A stretch of DNA of 60,000 nucleotides from Felis catus (GCF_018350175.1 NC_058369.1:18788001-18848000); one strand, 5' to 3'; counted from the first letter of the stretch, positions 23,701 to 35,038 are shown. A program made the numbers and translations. Notes: generated by a model from the sequence alone, not told the origin.

Positions 23701-26700
23701 TTTTACCCAACAGGTTATCCGTTATTTCTTCTGAATCGTTAACAAAGGATTTAAAACACAATACCTAGAAACCTAACCCAAGGAGATTAAAACAAAAAAC
23801 AAAAAAAAAAAACAAAGTCCAGGCTGCCCTTTGTCTAACTTCCACATCTAACCTTCTGTCACTACATGTCTCCTTTACACTCCCAGTGTACAAAATTGGC
23901 TCCATAATCTGAACAAAAATGAGAAGCATTTATGAATAAGTCAATGTCAGACTAAGAATATCCTTCTCTTTGGTCCATTTCATCCTCATTCCCTAGGCCC
24001 TTTTAGAAAAAATTCCTTAAACTTGAAATTATTTTTTCATACTTCCCACTATACTGCTCAAATGTATGCCACACTTCCATGGGCCTCGCATCTGTACCCT
24101 GGCTTGCTTTCATAGATGGCTACCTCTCCTGCAGGTTTTCACCTTTGCAACTTCTTGTCTTCACTAGAACCTCAACTGTTCCAGCTTGAATGCTCTCTGG
24201 TCTGCCAATCTTCTCTGTCTCCTGGGCTCCCCTTGTGCTCTGACCTAAAGTGTCCTCCAGGCCTGCCACACAGCTGTCACGCTGACCAGGGTGAGGGCTG
24301 AGGGTCATTCCTTCTATGGTCCTCTACTTCTCCCACTCTTGGTTTACTCTTTAGAGTGGAAGATGTCTTCAAAGTAGCTTTCTAAGAAAGGGCGTTCAGG
24401 AGGTCACTTTTGAGTCCTTTGCAGGATTTTATTCTGCTCTTACACTTGACTGACTGAAGACAAAATTCTATGTTGTCTGCAAATAAAGAGTTTTACTTCT
24501 TCCTTTCCAATTGGAACGCCTTTTTATTATTTCTATCTTGCCTAACCACACTAGCCAGAACCTCCAGGAAAATGTCAACTAGAAGTGGACAGCATGAACA
24601 TCCTTGTCTTATTCCTGATCTTGTGGGGCAAGGCAACTGTTTTGTCATTATGATGCTGGCTAGAGGTTTTTCATAGATGCCCTCAGGTTAAAGAACTGTC
24701 CTTCTATTCCCAGTTTGCTGCTGTTGTTGTTTTATCAAGAACAGATGTTGGATATTGTTGAATGCTTTTTCTGCATCTGCTAAGATATAGATGGTTTTTC
24801 TTTTTTTAGATTATTAATATGACGAATTCCATTTAACCTTTGAATGTTAAACCTACCCTGTATTACTCAGATAAACCTTACCTGGTTATGATGCAGTGTC
24901 CTTTTAATACACTGTTCTAGTCAATCGACTAAAATTGTATTCAAATTTTTTACATCTAGGTTGGTGAGGGGCATTTATTTTCTCATAGTGGTCTTGCTGA
25001 ATGAGTTGGGACATACTCTCTAATTTTTTTGGAAGAGTTTCTGTAGAACTACTATTTCTTAAATGTTTGGTAGAATTCACCGTGAAGCTGTGTGGGCCTG
25101 GAGTTTTCTCTGCTAGAATGTGTTGAACTCCAATTTCAATTTATTTGATAGGACTATTCAGAGTCCCCATTTCTTCATGAAAATTTTCATAGCTTGTATC
25201 TTTGAAGAAATTGTCTCTTTCATCTAAGTTGTAGAATTTATTGGGATAAAGTTTCTCAAAATATTCTTTTATCTTTAAATATCAGTAGATCCTAGTGAAG
25301 ACACATATATCATTTCTGATATTGGACATTTATGTCATCTCCTTTTCCTGACCAGTCTGGCTAGAGATGTTGTTCTCAAAGAATCAGCCTTTTGTCTTTG
25401 GTTTTCATTTATTTTCTTAATTTGGTCTTCGGTTTTCATTTATTTTTTTAATTTTTGCTCATATTCATACTGAACTATCTTTTCCATACTGATTCACATT
25501 AATTTAGATATAGATCTATATTCTGGAAACTAATCCTTGGTCAGTTATATATGTGGTAAATATCTTTACTCATTTTCTCTAAAGGTGAATTTTAATAAAC
25601 ATAAGTTTTAAATTTTATATAGTCAAATATATCATTTGATCTTTTACGATTAGCTCTTTTCTGTCTTGAAGGCTCATCTAAAGCTATACTGGAAACCTTT
25701 CATTCTCTTCAGGTACATACTTTTGAGTACCCTGACAGACCACTGGCAGACACAGAGCATCATACCTGATACGGGGAGATATGGCTATGCTGTGGACAGG
25801 GCAGGAAGAAGTTCTACAAATAGTAGATGAAACTTGCCAATTAAACGAATCCTGCAATCTACTACTAGTTTAAGAAGAAAATATTTTTGATCCTGACATT
25901 ATTTTTTACATCAGTACTCACACCTAGGTAGAATGCAGATGGGCAAATGAAAAATCAATGGTCTGATATAAGCCCCAATTTTCTTGGCAATTGTAAGACT
26001 AATTTCAATAGACACTAAAGATTACATTTGGTGGAGGTTTTGGTATTTTTAAAAAATATATTTTTAGAAATTATAGTAAAAAAATACATAACATAAATTT
26101 ATCATTGTAACCATTTTTTCTAAATGTTTTATTTCTGAGAGAGAGAGACAGAACATGAGTGGGGGAAGGGCAGAGAGCGAGGGGAAACAGGCTCTGAGCT
26201 GCCAGCACAGAGCCCGACGCAGGGCTCGAACCCACAAACCATGAGATCATGACCTAAGCAGAAGTCGGATGCTTATCTGACTGAGCCACCCAGGTACCCC
26301 TCATTTTAACCATTTTTAAACATACAATTCAGTGGCATTAAGTGCATTCACAATGTTGTCTATCATTATCATTATCTAAATCCCAAACTTTCTCATCACT
26401 TCAAACAATTCTATACCCATTAAATAATAACTCCCTCTCTCCTCCTCACCCAAACCCAGGTAACCTCTAATCCACTTTGTCTCTTTACACACTTGCCTAT
26501 TGTAGATATTCTATATAGGTGGAATCATGTAATTTCTGTCCTTTTGTGTCTGGCTTATTTCACTTAGCATAATGTTTCCAAGATTCATCCATGTTGTAGC
26601 ATGTATCAGAACTTCATTTCTTTCTAAAGCTGAATACTATTCCATTGTGAATATATATCCCAATTTGTTTATTGATACACTTACTGCTGACACATGGGTT

Positions 26701-27442
26701 GTGAATATTGTGAATAATACTTCTGTGAATATTAGCTTTATGAGCATCAGTTTGAGTCCCTGATTTTAGTTCTTTTGGGTACACACCCAGGAGTGGAACT
26801 GCTGATCATATGGTAATTCTGTTTAACTTTTTGAGGAACTACCAAACTGTTTTCTGTAATGGTTGCACCATTTGACATTCTTACCGGCAGTGTTCTATTT
26901 CTCCACATTCTTGCCAACTCTTACTTTCCTTTTTCTTGTTTTTAATTATTATAGCCATCCTAGTGTGCACGAATGGTATCTGATTTGTGGTTCTGATTTG
27001 CATTTTTAAAAATTTTATTTATTTTGAGAGAGCGCACGCAAGTGGGGAAGGGGCAGAGAGGGAGAAAGAGCGAACCCCAAGCAGGCTCTTCACTACCAGT
27101 GCAGAGCCTGATGCAGAGCTCAAACTCACTAACTCACAAAGTCACTAATCATGACCTGAGCTGAAGTCAGATGCTTAATTGACTGAGCCACCTGGGTGCC
27201 ACCAATTTGCATTATCTTAATGACTAATGACATTGATGTGTTGTTGGTCATTTGTGTATCTTTTTCTGGAGAAATGTGTATCCAAGTCCATTGTGCAATT
27301 TTGAATCCAATGGTTTGCTATTGTTTTTTTTTAAGTTTATTTATTTTGAAAGCGAGTGCATGAGAGCCAGCAGGGGAGGGGGAGGAGGAAGAGAGAGAGA
27401 GAGATAGAAAGAGATAGAGAAAGGGAAAGAGAAAAGGGGGGG

Positions 27443-27492
<50 letters not shown>

Positions 27493-30400
27493 CTCAAGCA
27501 GGCTCTACATTGTCAGTGCAGAACCTGACACGGGGCTGGAACCCACAAACTATGAGATTATGACCTGAGCCAAAAACAAGAGTTGGACACTTAACCGACT
27601 GAGCCACCTTGGAACCCTGCTACTGTTTTCAAAACAGAACCAGAAGAATATTACATTTGAAGGAATATTCTAGGACTACAAAACAAGAGAGAAGCCAGAA
27701 TCAAACACATTGCTGTCTCTAAGTGGCTAAGAACAGTTGCAAATGCTTTATATGCAGCTTCAGCCACCAACTCATCCACACTCAACACATCCATGGCCAA
27801 ACCTTCTGCTATAAATATGCCAAAATGAGATAGAGAACTATAAGCCCTGTTAGCTCAGAGTCCTTCTGATGCTAAGGAAAAAAAAAAAAAAAATCTTAAA
27901 AGGGAGTCAAATCCTGGCTCCAGAGAAATGTTTTCTAAATCACAACCGACAGAACTGGGACAAGTTCAAACCTCCAGGTGGCTCCCAGGAAAGGACTGTC
28001 AGTAGTGGTTCAGTTTTTCCCCAACTTTTCTCAGACTGGGGAACAGAAGTCTTTAAAAGCCATAGCAAATCATTAGTATCTATTTTCTTTACTCGGGCTG
28101 CATTTTCACTAGGTAAAATAAATATACTTTCTCAAATATACAATTAAACCAAAAATTGATCCTCTCTTATTAAGTCAAATGAAGCCCAATTTATCGAAAG
28201 AAAATTGGAAGATATTACTGGTCCAATTAATATATATCAAAACCCAACAGTACAGGGGTTTTTTTTTTTTGAAATACATTTAATATTATAGAAAGTTACC
28301 AAAAATATAGAATTCCCATATACTCAGCTTCCTCTAATGCTCCCGTGAGGCCAGTGTATCAGGTAAAGCCCTATCACAAAGTGACACATCTCTCCTTCTC
28401 TGGTTGCAGGCCATGTGCAGGAAGACTCTCTGACCCAACTCTACAAGCTCTTGAATCCCATCAAGGTATTTTAAAATGTCTGTCTGAACTGAAAAGCTAT
28501 GGTTAATGGTCACACCAAGATGACTGACATGTCAGATGTGGACTTGGATGTAACCAACGCAATCCAAGCTGATGAGCCAACTGCTTTACTAACCAATGCA
28601 TTGGACTTAAATTCCATGCTTGGAAAGGATTATGGAGCACTGAAAGACAAGGGCACTGAAAGATCATGATTAACACAAACCCCACCTCCCCCCACCCCCC
28701 TTGTGCTGTACTGCAGGGTCCTGTTCACTGTTCTCACGCATGCAGCAGTCAACAGCGAGCCCAATGTCTTATCGAGTGCTTTGGCAAGCACACCAAAAAA
28801 ACCAGCCCCTCATGAGTATCACCTGGGGTTTATTCTAATTGGGAATAATGTGCTGAAGATTAAAATGCAGTTCAGTATCCAAATGATGTGTCCTATCAAA
28901 GGAGAAAGAAACATTGCACATTTTTTCTTTTGTTTGGCCAGAAGCATAATGCTATAAATTTAACCCTTGTAAAAACCTGGGTAGATAATAGCTATTTTTC
29001 AGCTAAAAGAAGGAAGCAGTAAAGAAGAAGCCACTATATGGGGGCACCTGGGTGGCTCAGTCGGTCAAAATCCAACTTTTGATTTTGGCTCAGGTCATGA
29101 TCTCACAGTGGTGAGATCAAGCCTCATGTCAGGCTCTGTGCTGAGCATAGAGCCTGCTTGAGACTCTCTCTCCCTCTCTCTCTGCTCCTCCCCTGCTCAC
29201 ATGCACACACCCTCTTTCTCAAAAATAACTAAATAGATGAACGTTTTTTAGAAAGAAGAAGCCGCCACTATGTTCCACTCCATGAAGGCTACTCTTGGGA
29301 AGAGCCCCTGGCTTGCTGGGAATGAACTCGCTTCAGCAGATGTTGTGCTGTGGTCTGTGTTCCAGCAGATGGAAGGCTGCAATATGATGGTGCCAGCCAA
29401 CATGCAGAGATGGATAAGGGCCTGTGAAAACCTGGCCCCTTTTAACACTGCCTCCAAGCTCCTTACGTGAATTTCAGTAATTGATTTTAGATTTTAAGAA
29501 CAGTGCTGTTTCATGCATATTGTTGATAAACTGACTTATTCTAAAATCATCAATACTGTCTTCATTTAAGCCAGTTGTTGAACATCAATAAGAGCATATT
29601 AAAAAAAATTGTTAAAAGTGAAATCATAATTTATAATTACCAAAACCAAGAAATGAACACTGACATAATAATATTAAGTAATCTGTATACTTAATATACA
29701 GAATGTTGGCAGTTTTCCCACTTATATTCTTTTTCTGGTTCAGGATTTCACTTCACATTGCATTTAGTCCTCCTCAGTCTCCTCCAATCTGATATAGTTT
29801 CTGTCTTTCTCTTTCATGACTTTGACACTTTTGAAGAATACTAACAGTTATTTTGTAGCATGTCCCTAAATTTGGATTTGCATTATATTTTCTCATGATT
29901 AGATTGATATCACTCATTTTAGGCAACAGAAATGATCTTGTGTCCTCCTCAGTTCTTATGTCAGAAGGTACAGGTCTTGTTACTGGTGATTTAACTTTGA
30001 TCACTTGGTTAAGGTGAAGTCTGCCAGGTTTCTCCTTTGTAAAGTTATTATTTTTCCTATTGTAATTAATGAATATCCTATAGGGAGATACTTTGAGACT
30101 TTCTAAATATTCTGTTTCTTATAGTATGTTAGCCCACTCATTTTAGAATCAATCATGGTTCTTGCCAGGGACAATTATTACTGTGTTGTGTGTCTAATGG
30201 TGACTTCTGTTTCCATCATTCCTTCTATATCTTTTAATTATTTATAATTTTTTTTTTCAACGTTTCTTTATTTTTGGGACAGAGAGAGACAGAGCATGAA
30301 CGGGGGAGGGGCAGAGAGAGAGGGAGACACAGAATCGGAAACAGGCTCCAGGCTCCGAGCCATCAGCCCAGAGCCTGACGCGGGGCTCGAACTCACGGAC

Positions 30401-33400
30401 CGCGAGATCGTGACCTGGCTGAAGTCGGACGCTTAACCGACTGCGCCACCCAGGCGCCCCACTATATCTTTTAATTAAAAGGAATTACAATTCTATAAGG
30501 AAGAAATGTCCCTTCTCACCCATTTATCTATCAGTATGGAGTTAGGGATATTTTATTTCTCATATTCTAGATTTGGCCACTGGGATTCCCTGATATCGGC
30601 TCTTGTGTGCTTGTAACATACACTCCCATCATTTTTGACCATTTCTTTACTTTTAGTTACCAGGGGATGCTCCAGGCTCATCTTTTATTTTCCTGCCCCA
30701 ATTCAGAAACCAATCATTCCTCCAGGGAGTTCTGCTTCCCTTTACTGTAGGAATGGTATTTAGAAGGACCAAGATCTTGGCCCTATGATTGCTACTGGAG
30801 TATCATTGTTTTTAGGCCCTTTCAGCAGACAGATCTGAGAAATACACGTATAAATACTAACCCACACATACACATATATCTCTTTATTGCCAGGAACACA
30901 GGTGTTTTTAAAATTCAACCAAGCTAAGGAAAAATGCCAATAATATTCTGTGTTTTGGTAAGTTTCAAGAGGGATTTTTATGTATTTAGTATTACCAGCG
31001 GCAGTCATCAGGGGTTACCACATGTAGTACCAAATATGAAGTTCTAGGCTTCTATATCCTTATGCAAAACTTTCCCTAATCCATTAGTCAAGTATTTATT
31101 AAGCATCTACTAGATGCCAGGCCCTGTAACAGTTTGGCAGTTCTTCAAAAAGTTAAACAGAATTACCATATGATCCAGCAGGTTCCACTCCTAGGTATGT
31201 ACCCAAAAGAAATGAAAGCAGAGACTCAAACAGATGCTTATAAGCTAATATTAACAAAAGCATTATCCACAATAGTCCAAAGTGGGAACAACCCAAGTGT
31301 CCGTCAACAGATAAGTGGATAAACAAAATGTGATATATATTCACAATGGGTATACAGCCATAAAAGGACATGAAGTTCTGATACATGCTACAACATGGGT
31401 GAGTCTTGGAAACATTATGCTAAGTGAAATAAACCAGACACAAAAGGACAAAAAATTACATGATTCCACTTCTATGAAATATCTACAATAGGCAAATGTG
31501 TAAAGAGACAAAGTAGACTAGAGGTTACCTGGGTTCGGTGAGGTGGAAAGGGAGAGTTATTATTTAATGGATACACAGTGGTTGTTTGAGGTGATGAGAA
31601 AGTTATGGAAGTAATGATAATGGTAGACAACATTGTGAATGTACTTAATGCCACTGAATTGTACATTTAAAAATGGTTAAATTTTATGTTATGTATATTT
31701 TGCCACAATAAAAAAAATTATGGATTTTTTTAAATCATTTTTTAACCATTAGTAACATTTTTAAATTTTTTTTTTTATGTTTATTTATCATTTTTGAGAG
31801 ACAGAGACAGAGTGTGAGTTGGGATGGGCAGAGAGGGAAACACAGAATCCAAAGCAGGCTCTGGGTTCCGAGCTGTCAGCACAGAGACCTATGTGGGGCA
31901 CAAACCCACGAACAATGAAATCACGACCTGAGCCAAAGCCAGACGCCCAACCGACTGAGCCACCAAGGAGCCCCTGAATTGATTTTTCTAAACTGAGGAT
32001 CTCTTGGGGAGCCTGGGTGGCTCAGTCAGTTGAGAACCAACTTCAGCTGATGTCATGATCTTGCAGTTCATGGGTTTGAGCCCCGCCTCAGGCTCTGTGC
32101 TGACAGCTCGGAGCCTGGAAACTGCTTTGGATTCTTGTCTCCCACTCTCTCTGCCGCTTCCCAACTCACGCACGTGCACTCTCTCTCTCAAAAAATTAAA
32201 CATTAAAAAAATTTTTTAAATAAAATAAATTGAGGATCCCTTAAGTAAATAATGATGTAAACATGACTAAATTCATAACAGCTTTGGGAAATTAAAAAGT
32301 AGAATACAAGGAGCACCTGGGTGGCTCAGTCGGCTAAGCATCCAACTTCAACTCAGGTCATGATCTCGCAGTTTGCGAGTTCAAGCCCTGTATCAGGCTC
32401 TGTGCTGATAGCTCAGAGCCTGGATGCTTCAGATTCTGTGTCTCCCTCCCTCTCTGCCCCTCCCCTGCTCATGCTCTCTCTCTCTCTCTCTCTCTCAAAA
32501 ATAAATAAACATTATAAAAAATTTTTTTTAATTTTTTTTTCAACGTTTTTTATTTATTTTTGGGACAGAAGAGAGACAGAGCATGAACGGGGGAGGGGCA
32601 GAGAGAGAGGGAGACACAGAATCGGAAACAGACTCCAGGCTCCGAGCCATCAGCCCAGAGCCTGACGCGGGGCTCGAACTCACGGACCGCGAGATCGTGA
32701 CCTGGCTGAAGTCGGACGCTTAACCGACTGCGCCACCCAGGCGCCCCAAAAATTTTTTAAAAAGTAGAACACAAAAATATAACTTATCCATGGTGGGCAA
32801 TGAAAATGTATAAACAGAGTAACAAAAATCAAATTTTAAAATAAAGTGACTTAATTCTGGTATATATTCATGGGGTTCTATTCTATAAAGTTAATTTACA
32901 TTTTCAAACACTATTTTTCCTTCAAAAGTTAGGACTTTCAGACCTTCTCAATCCTTCTGTAAACTCCTTATCATCAATTCATTCCCCCAGCACAGACAAA
33001 GGCTCCACACAGCCTCCTTGCCAGCTGTCTCACTGCCTTGGCCTGGGAAGCATCCAACTCTTCCTCCTCCGGAACCAGAGAAGTACTGCCCCTCTCCTAG
33101 AGCATCCCAGCAAACAGGGGAAACCACCTTGCTAAGAGCATGCTCTTCACCAACAGTATTTAATGCTGTGAATTCTTCCAGGTTTACCTATTGGTGAATT
33201 CAGATTTTCAAGATCTAAAGACTGTGCTGGTGCTTTCAGTCTCAAATTGTGCTTAACAAAGTGATTTAGTTTGAGACAAAAGAGACCTACAATCATATCA
33301 CCTGGCCCACAACACAAGGAAAACTAAGCTGAAAACCTGCAAAAGCCCAAGGCTACTGCTCTCTCCAAACTGGCCAGTGACTGACCTTTGTATTCAGGGG

Positions 33401-33608
33401 TGAACTCCTTCATTTCGGGAGGGAGGGACTCATAGAACCGCTGCTCCCGGGAGATGAGAGGCTTGCACACAGTGTGGTCGTCGTAGCGCATCATGCTGCT
33501 GTGTCCGCCCACCTGGTGGATGAAGGGCTCCAGGAGGACTCCCCGGTCTCCGGCCCGACTTGCATTCTTGCCATACTGCCCCACTTCCATGGTTTGACAA
33601 ACACACAT
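13932..33608 (-). CDS. IP6K1: Inositol hexakisphosphate kinase 1, complete CDS, 441 aa: complement join(33386-33608,22901-23111,17987-18168,14821-14996,13932-14465)
   Basis: 223+211+182+176+534 = 1326 nt in frame. N-terminus [16 protein letters not shown]...[11 protein letters not shown], kinase motifs PCVLDLKMG (PxxxDxKxG), SSSLL and MIDFAH, C-terminus [12 protein letters not shown]. Confidence 0.98.
15180..15820 (-). mobile_element. Old L1 (L1MB-like) 3' end interrupted by a CAN-SINE (about 15235-15440, -)
   Basis: L1M 3' UTR motifs (cagtggcattaagtacattcacatt, ttcattcctttttatggctgaataat) and a SINE body. Confidence 0.75.
16068..16275 (+). mobile_element. CAN-SINE
   Basis: tRNA-like head, CT-rich linker, A-rich tail. 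Confidence 0.85.
16810..17017 (-). mobile_element. CAN-SINE inserted into a degenerate MIR (about 16730-17140)
   Basis: SINE body flanked by TSD-like ccatctccttatcttta / ccatctcctcatcttta. Confidence 0.85.
17359..17539. mobile_element. MER3-like hAT-Charlie non-autonomous DNA transposon
   Basis: Internal gtagccactagccaca motif, degenerate terminal inverted repeats, and a perfect 8-bp TSD TTCTAGAC at 17351-17358 and 17540-17547. Confidence 0.8.
17620..17838 (+). mobile_element. CAN-SINE with long poly(A) tail
   Basis: ggggtgcctgggtggctcagtcagtt head and pure A tail. Confidence 0.88.
18400..19135 (+). mobile_element. L1MB-like 3' end
   Basis: L1 ORF2 C-terminal and 3' UTR motifs (gatgtggagaaactggaaccctc, atggataaacaaaa, tgaatgtacttaat). 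Confidence 0.8.
19970..20204 (+). mobile_element. Young SINEC_Fc-type element
   Basis: CpG-rich intact body, long A tail, TSD a(a/g)gaaacaataaggc at 19955-19969 and 20205-20219. Confidence 0.92.
20701..20756. repeat. (AC)28 perfect microsatellite
   Basis: Direct reading. Confidence 0.97.
20757..21136 (+). mobile_element. Carnivore L1 3' end with A tail
   Basis: aaaagaatgaaatcctgccatttgc ... gatgagcactgggtgttgtaagtgatgaatcact ... poly(A). Confidence 0.82.
21495..22350 (-). mobile_element. Short CAN-SINE (about 21500-21602) followed by an L1MB-like 3' end (about 21700-22350)
   Basis: Recognisable SINE and L1M 3' UTR motifs. Confidence 0.72.
24465..25700 (-). mobile_element. Degenerate old L1 ORF2 fragments
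   Basis: catccttgtcttattcctgatctt, aatgtttggtagaattcacc and other antisense L1 ORF2 motifs. Confidence 0.7.
26060..27620 (-). mobile_element. L1MB-like 3' end with three CAN-SINE insertions (about 26115-26300, 27005-27203, 27325-27618; the last has a (GA)n expansion at about 27445-27488)
   Basis: L1M 3' UTR motifs and SINE bodies on the - strand. Confidence 0.8.
28348..29608 (+). pseudogene. AIMP2: Processed pseudogene of AIMP2 (p38/JTV1, aminoacyl-tRNA synthetase complex scaffold), antisense within IP6K1 intron 2
   Basis: Intronless, colinear remnants of the whole protein: PVYQVKPYH (ATG mutated to AGG), [25 protein letters not shown]...[74 protein letters not shown]...[14 protein letters not shown]. 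It has frameshifts and deletions, a 3' UTR with degenerate AATAAG (29587-29592) and an A tract at 29601-29608. Confidence 0.93.
29041..29250 (+). mobile_element. CAN-SINE inserted into the AIMP2 pseudogene
   Basis: SINE body flanked by a duplicated target, aaagaagaagcc(gcc)actat. Confidence 0.9.
30248..30460 (-). mobile_element. Young SINEC_Fc-type element
   Basis: Intact CpGs; perfect 16-bp TSD ctatatcttttaatta at 30225-30240 and 30462-30477. Confidence 0.93.
31128..31718 (+). mobile_element. L1MB-like 3' end, inverted relative to the copy at 26060-26851
   Basis: aacagtttggcagttcttcaaaaagttaaac ... aaaaatggttaaattttatgttatgtatattttgccacaat-A. Confidence 0.82.
31760..32760. mobile_element. 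Cluster of four CAN-SINEs: about 31760-31974 (-), 32005-32225 (+), 32310-32520 (+), and a young SINEC_Fc at 32521-32747 (-) inserted in the tail of the third
   Basis: SINE bodies; outer TSD aaaagtagaa(t/c)acaa at about 32295 and 32760. Confidence 0.88.
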
Positions 33609-33736
33609 TGCGTTGGGGGCCAGCTGCACACTGAGGGCAGAGGATGCAGCACATGGGCCACAAAAGGACAGCTAGGCAGAAGATCCTGGCGAACTGAAAG
33701 CCAACAGTCAGAGTCTGTTCAGCTTATTCTTCTTTC
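33609..33736 (-). other. IP6K1: 5' UTR part of IP6K1 exon 2 (128 nt); intron 1 runs from 33737 past the window end
   Basis: Strong acceptor cctctctcctttctgttag| at 33737; no CpG island or first exon seen between 33737 and 60000. Confidence 0.8.
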
Positions 33737-33837
33737 CTAACAGAAAGGAGAGAGGAAAAGAGGGAATCAAAACACCCGGCAAGCACAATTTTCCTACAGT
33801 TCAAAGAATATCTGCTCTATGAAAAGAATGGGATTCT

Positions 33838-33968
33838 GGGGGCACCTGGCTGGCTCAGTCAGTTGAGCATGTGACTTGATCTCGGGGTTATGAGTTTGAG
33901 CCCCACATTGGTCATAGACATTACTTTAAAAAAATAAAAAATAAAAATACAAAAAAAAAAAAAAAAGG
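33838..33968 (+). mobile_element. Short CAN-SINE with A tail
   Basis: ggggcacctggctggctcagtcagttgagcatgtgact head. Confidence 0.8.
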
Positions 33969-34841
33969 GATTGTTTTGTTTCCTGCTATATATTCCCCCA
34001 AGCATGTACAATGCTGCCTGGTGCATGAGAGACAGGTGGTAAGTTATTCTGAATGATACAACTTTGGTCTCCTTCATCCATTTTTTTTATGCACAGAAGC
34101 CCACATTCTCTTCCCTTCCTAGCTGTCATATACCCTCCATGTTCCCTATAGGATTTGATTTTAGAGCTGCGTATGTTAACAGCCGTCAGAAAGGCAACTC
34201 TCCCTGCTTATTCCACATTCAAAGATAAGTGTTCAGGGAAAAAAACAGAAGGCAACACAAATTCATTGTGTTCAGACTTCTCACCATATCCAGTAATGGT
34301 AAGGGTCTCGGGTCTCTCACTGACTCAAGGAAGGGTTTTTGTCTGGGAAATCAGGTCACACTTTCCAACTTTTCTGTTGAAGGTGCCAAGGAGCAGCCAG
34401 GGAAAGTCATCCCTTGCTGAGTTATAGAATCATAAAAAGGGTTTGCTTTTCCCAAAGAAATTCAGGCTTCTGATTTCTTCTACTTTAAATCTGTGGCCAT
34501 CAATTTATAGCCATGTCTGGCACCACAGAGCTTGCCTTTCTGACTCTACACCAACCAGTGGGACAAGGAAAGGCCCTTTGTACTTAAATACCTACCCTGT
34601 AATGTCAATTTTCTCTCAAGAAAGTTAAAGTAATGGGCAACTTCCCTAGTACTGAATATATTTTGTGATTAGGAATGTAGGAGGCAAGACTACATCTGAA
34701 AGATCAAGACGAAAGAAGAAAAATCAAATATTTGTGAAAGCAGGAATATGGCTTTACCTGCAAGAGATGAAATATTTTCTTCTGAACCTCATAACTTATG
34801 GGCATAATAGTCTACTGAAGAAAACTGCTGCAAAACTGCAG

Positions 34842-35038
34842 TTTTTTTTTTTTAATGTTTATTTTTGAGAGAAAGAGTGCTAGCGGGGGAGGTACAGAGA
34901 GAGAGGGGAACAGAGGATTCGAAGTGGGCTCTGTGCTGACAGCAGAGAGCCCAACGCGGAGCTCGAACTCACAAATCCTGAGACCACGACCTGAGCCGAA
35001 GTGGGGCGCTCAACCAACTGAACCACCCAGGCACCCCT
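34842..35038 (-). mobile_element. CAN-SINE
   Basis: SINE body; TSD-like ctgcaaaa on both sides. Confidence 0.87.

Larger units (their letters stand above)
28260..30880 (-). mobile_element. L1MC-like 3' region, split by the AIMP2 retrocopy (about 28340-29608) and a young SINE (30248-30460)
   Basis: cagcttcctctaatg before the retrocopy resumes as ttgttaaaa...accaaaaccaagaaat after it; downstream L1MC motifs (actttgatcacttggttaaggtg, ggagatactttgagact, ccaggctcatctt). Confidence 0.7.

Noticed and set aside
33609..33629. 7-aa N-terminal extension of IP6K1 (MQLAPNA)
   Set aside because: GTG start assigned by the ORF caller; no evidence for non-AUG initiation
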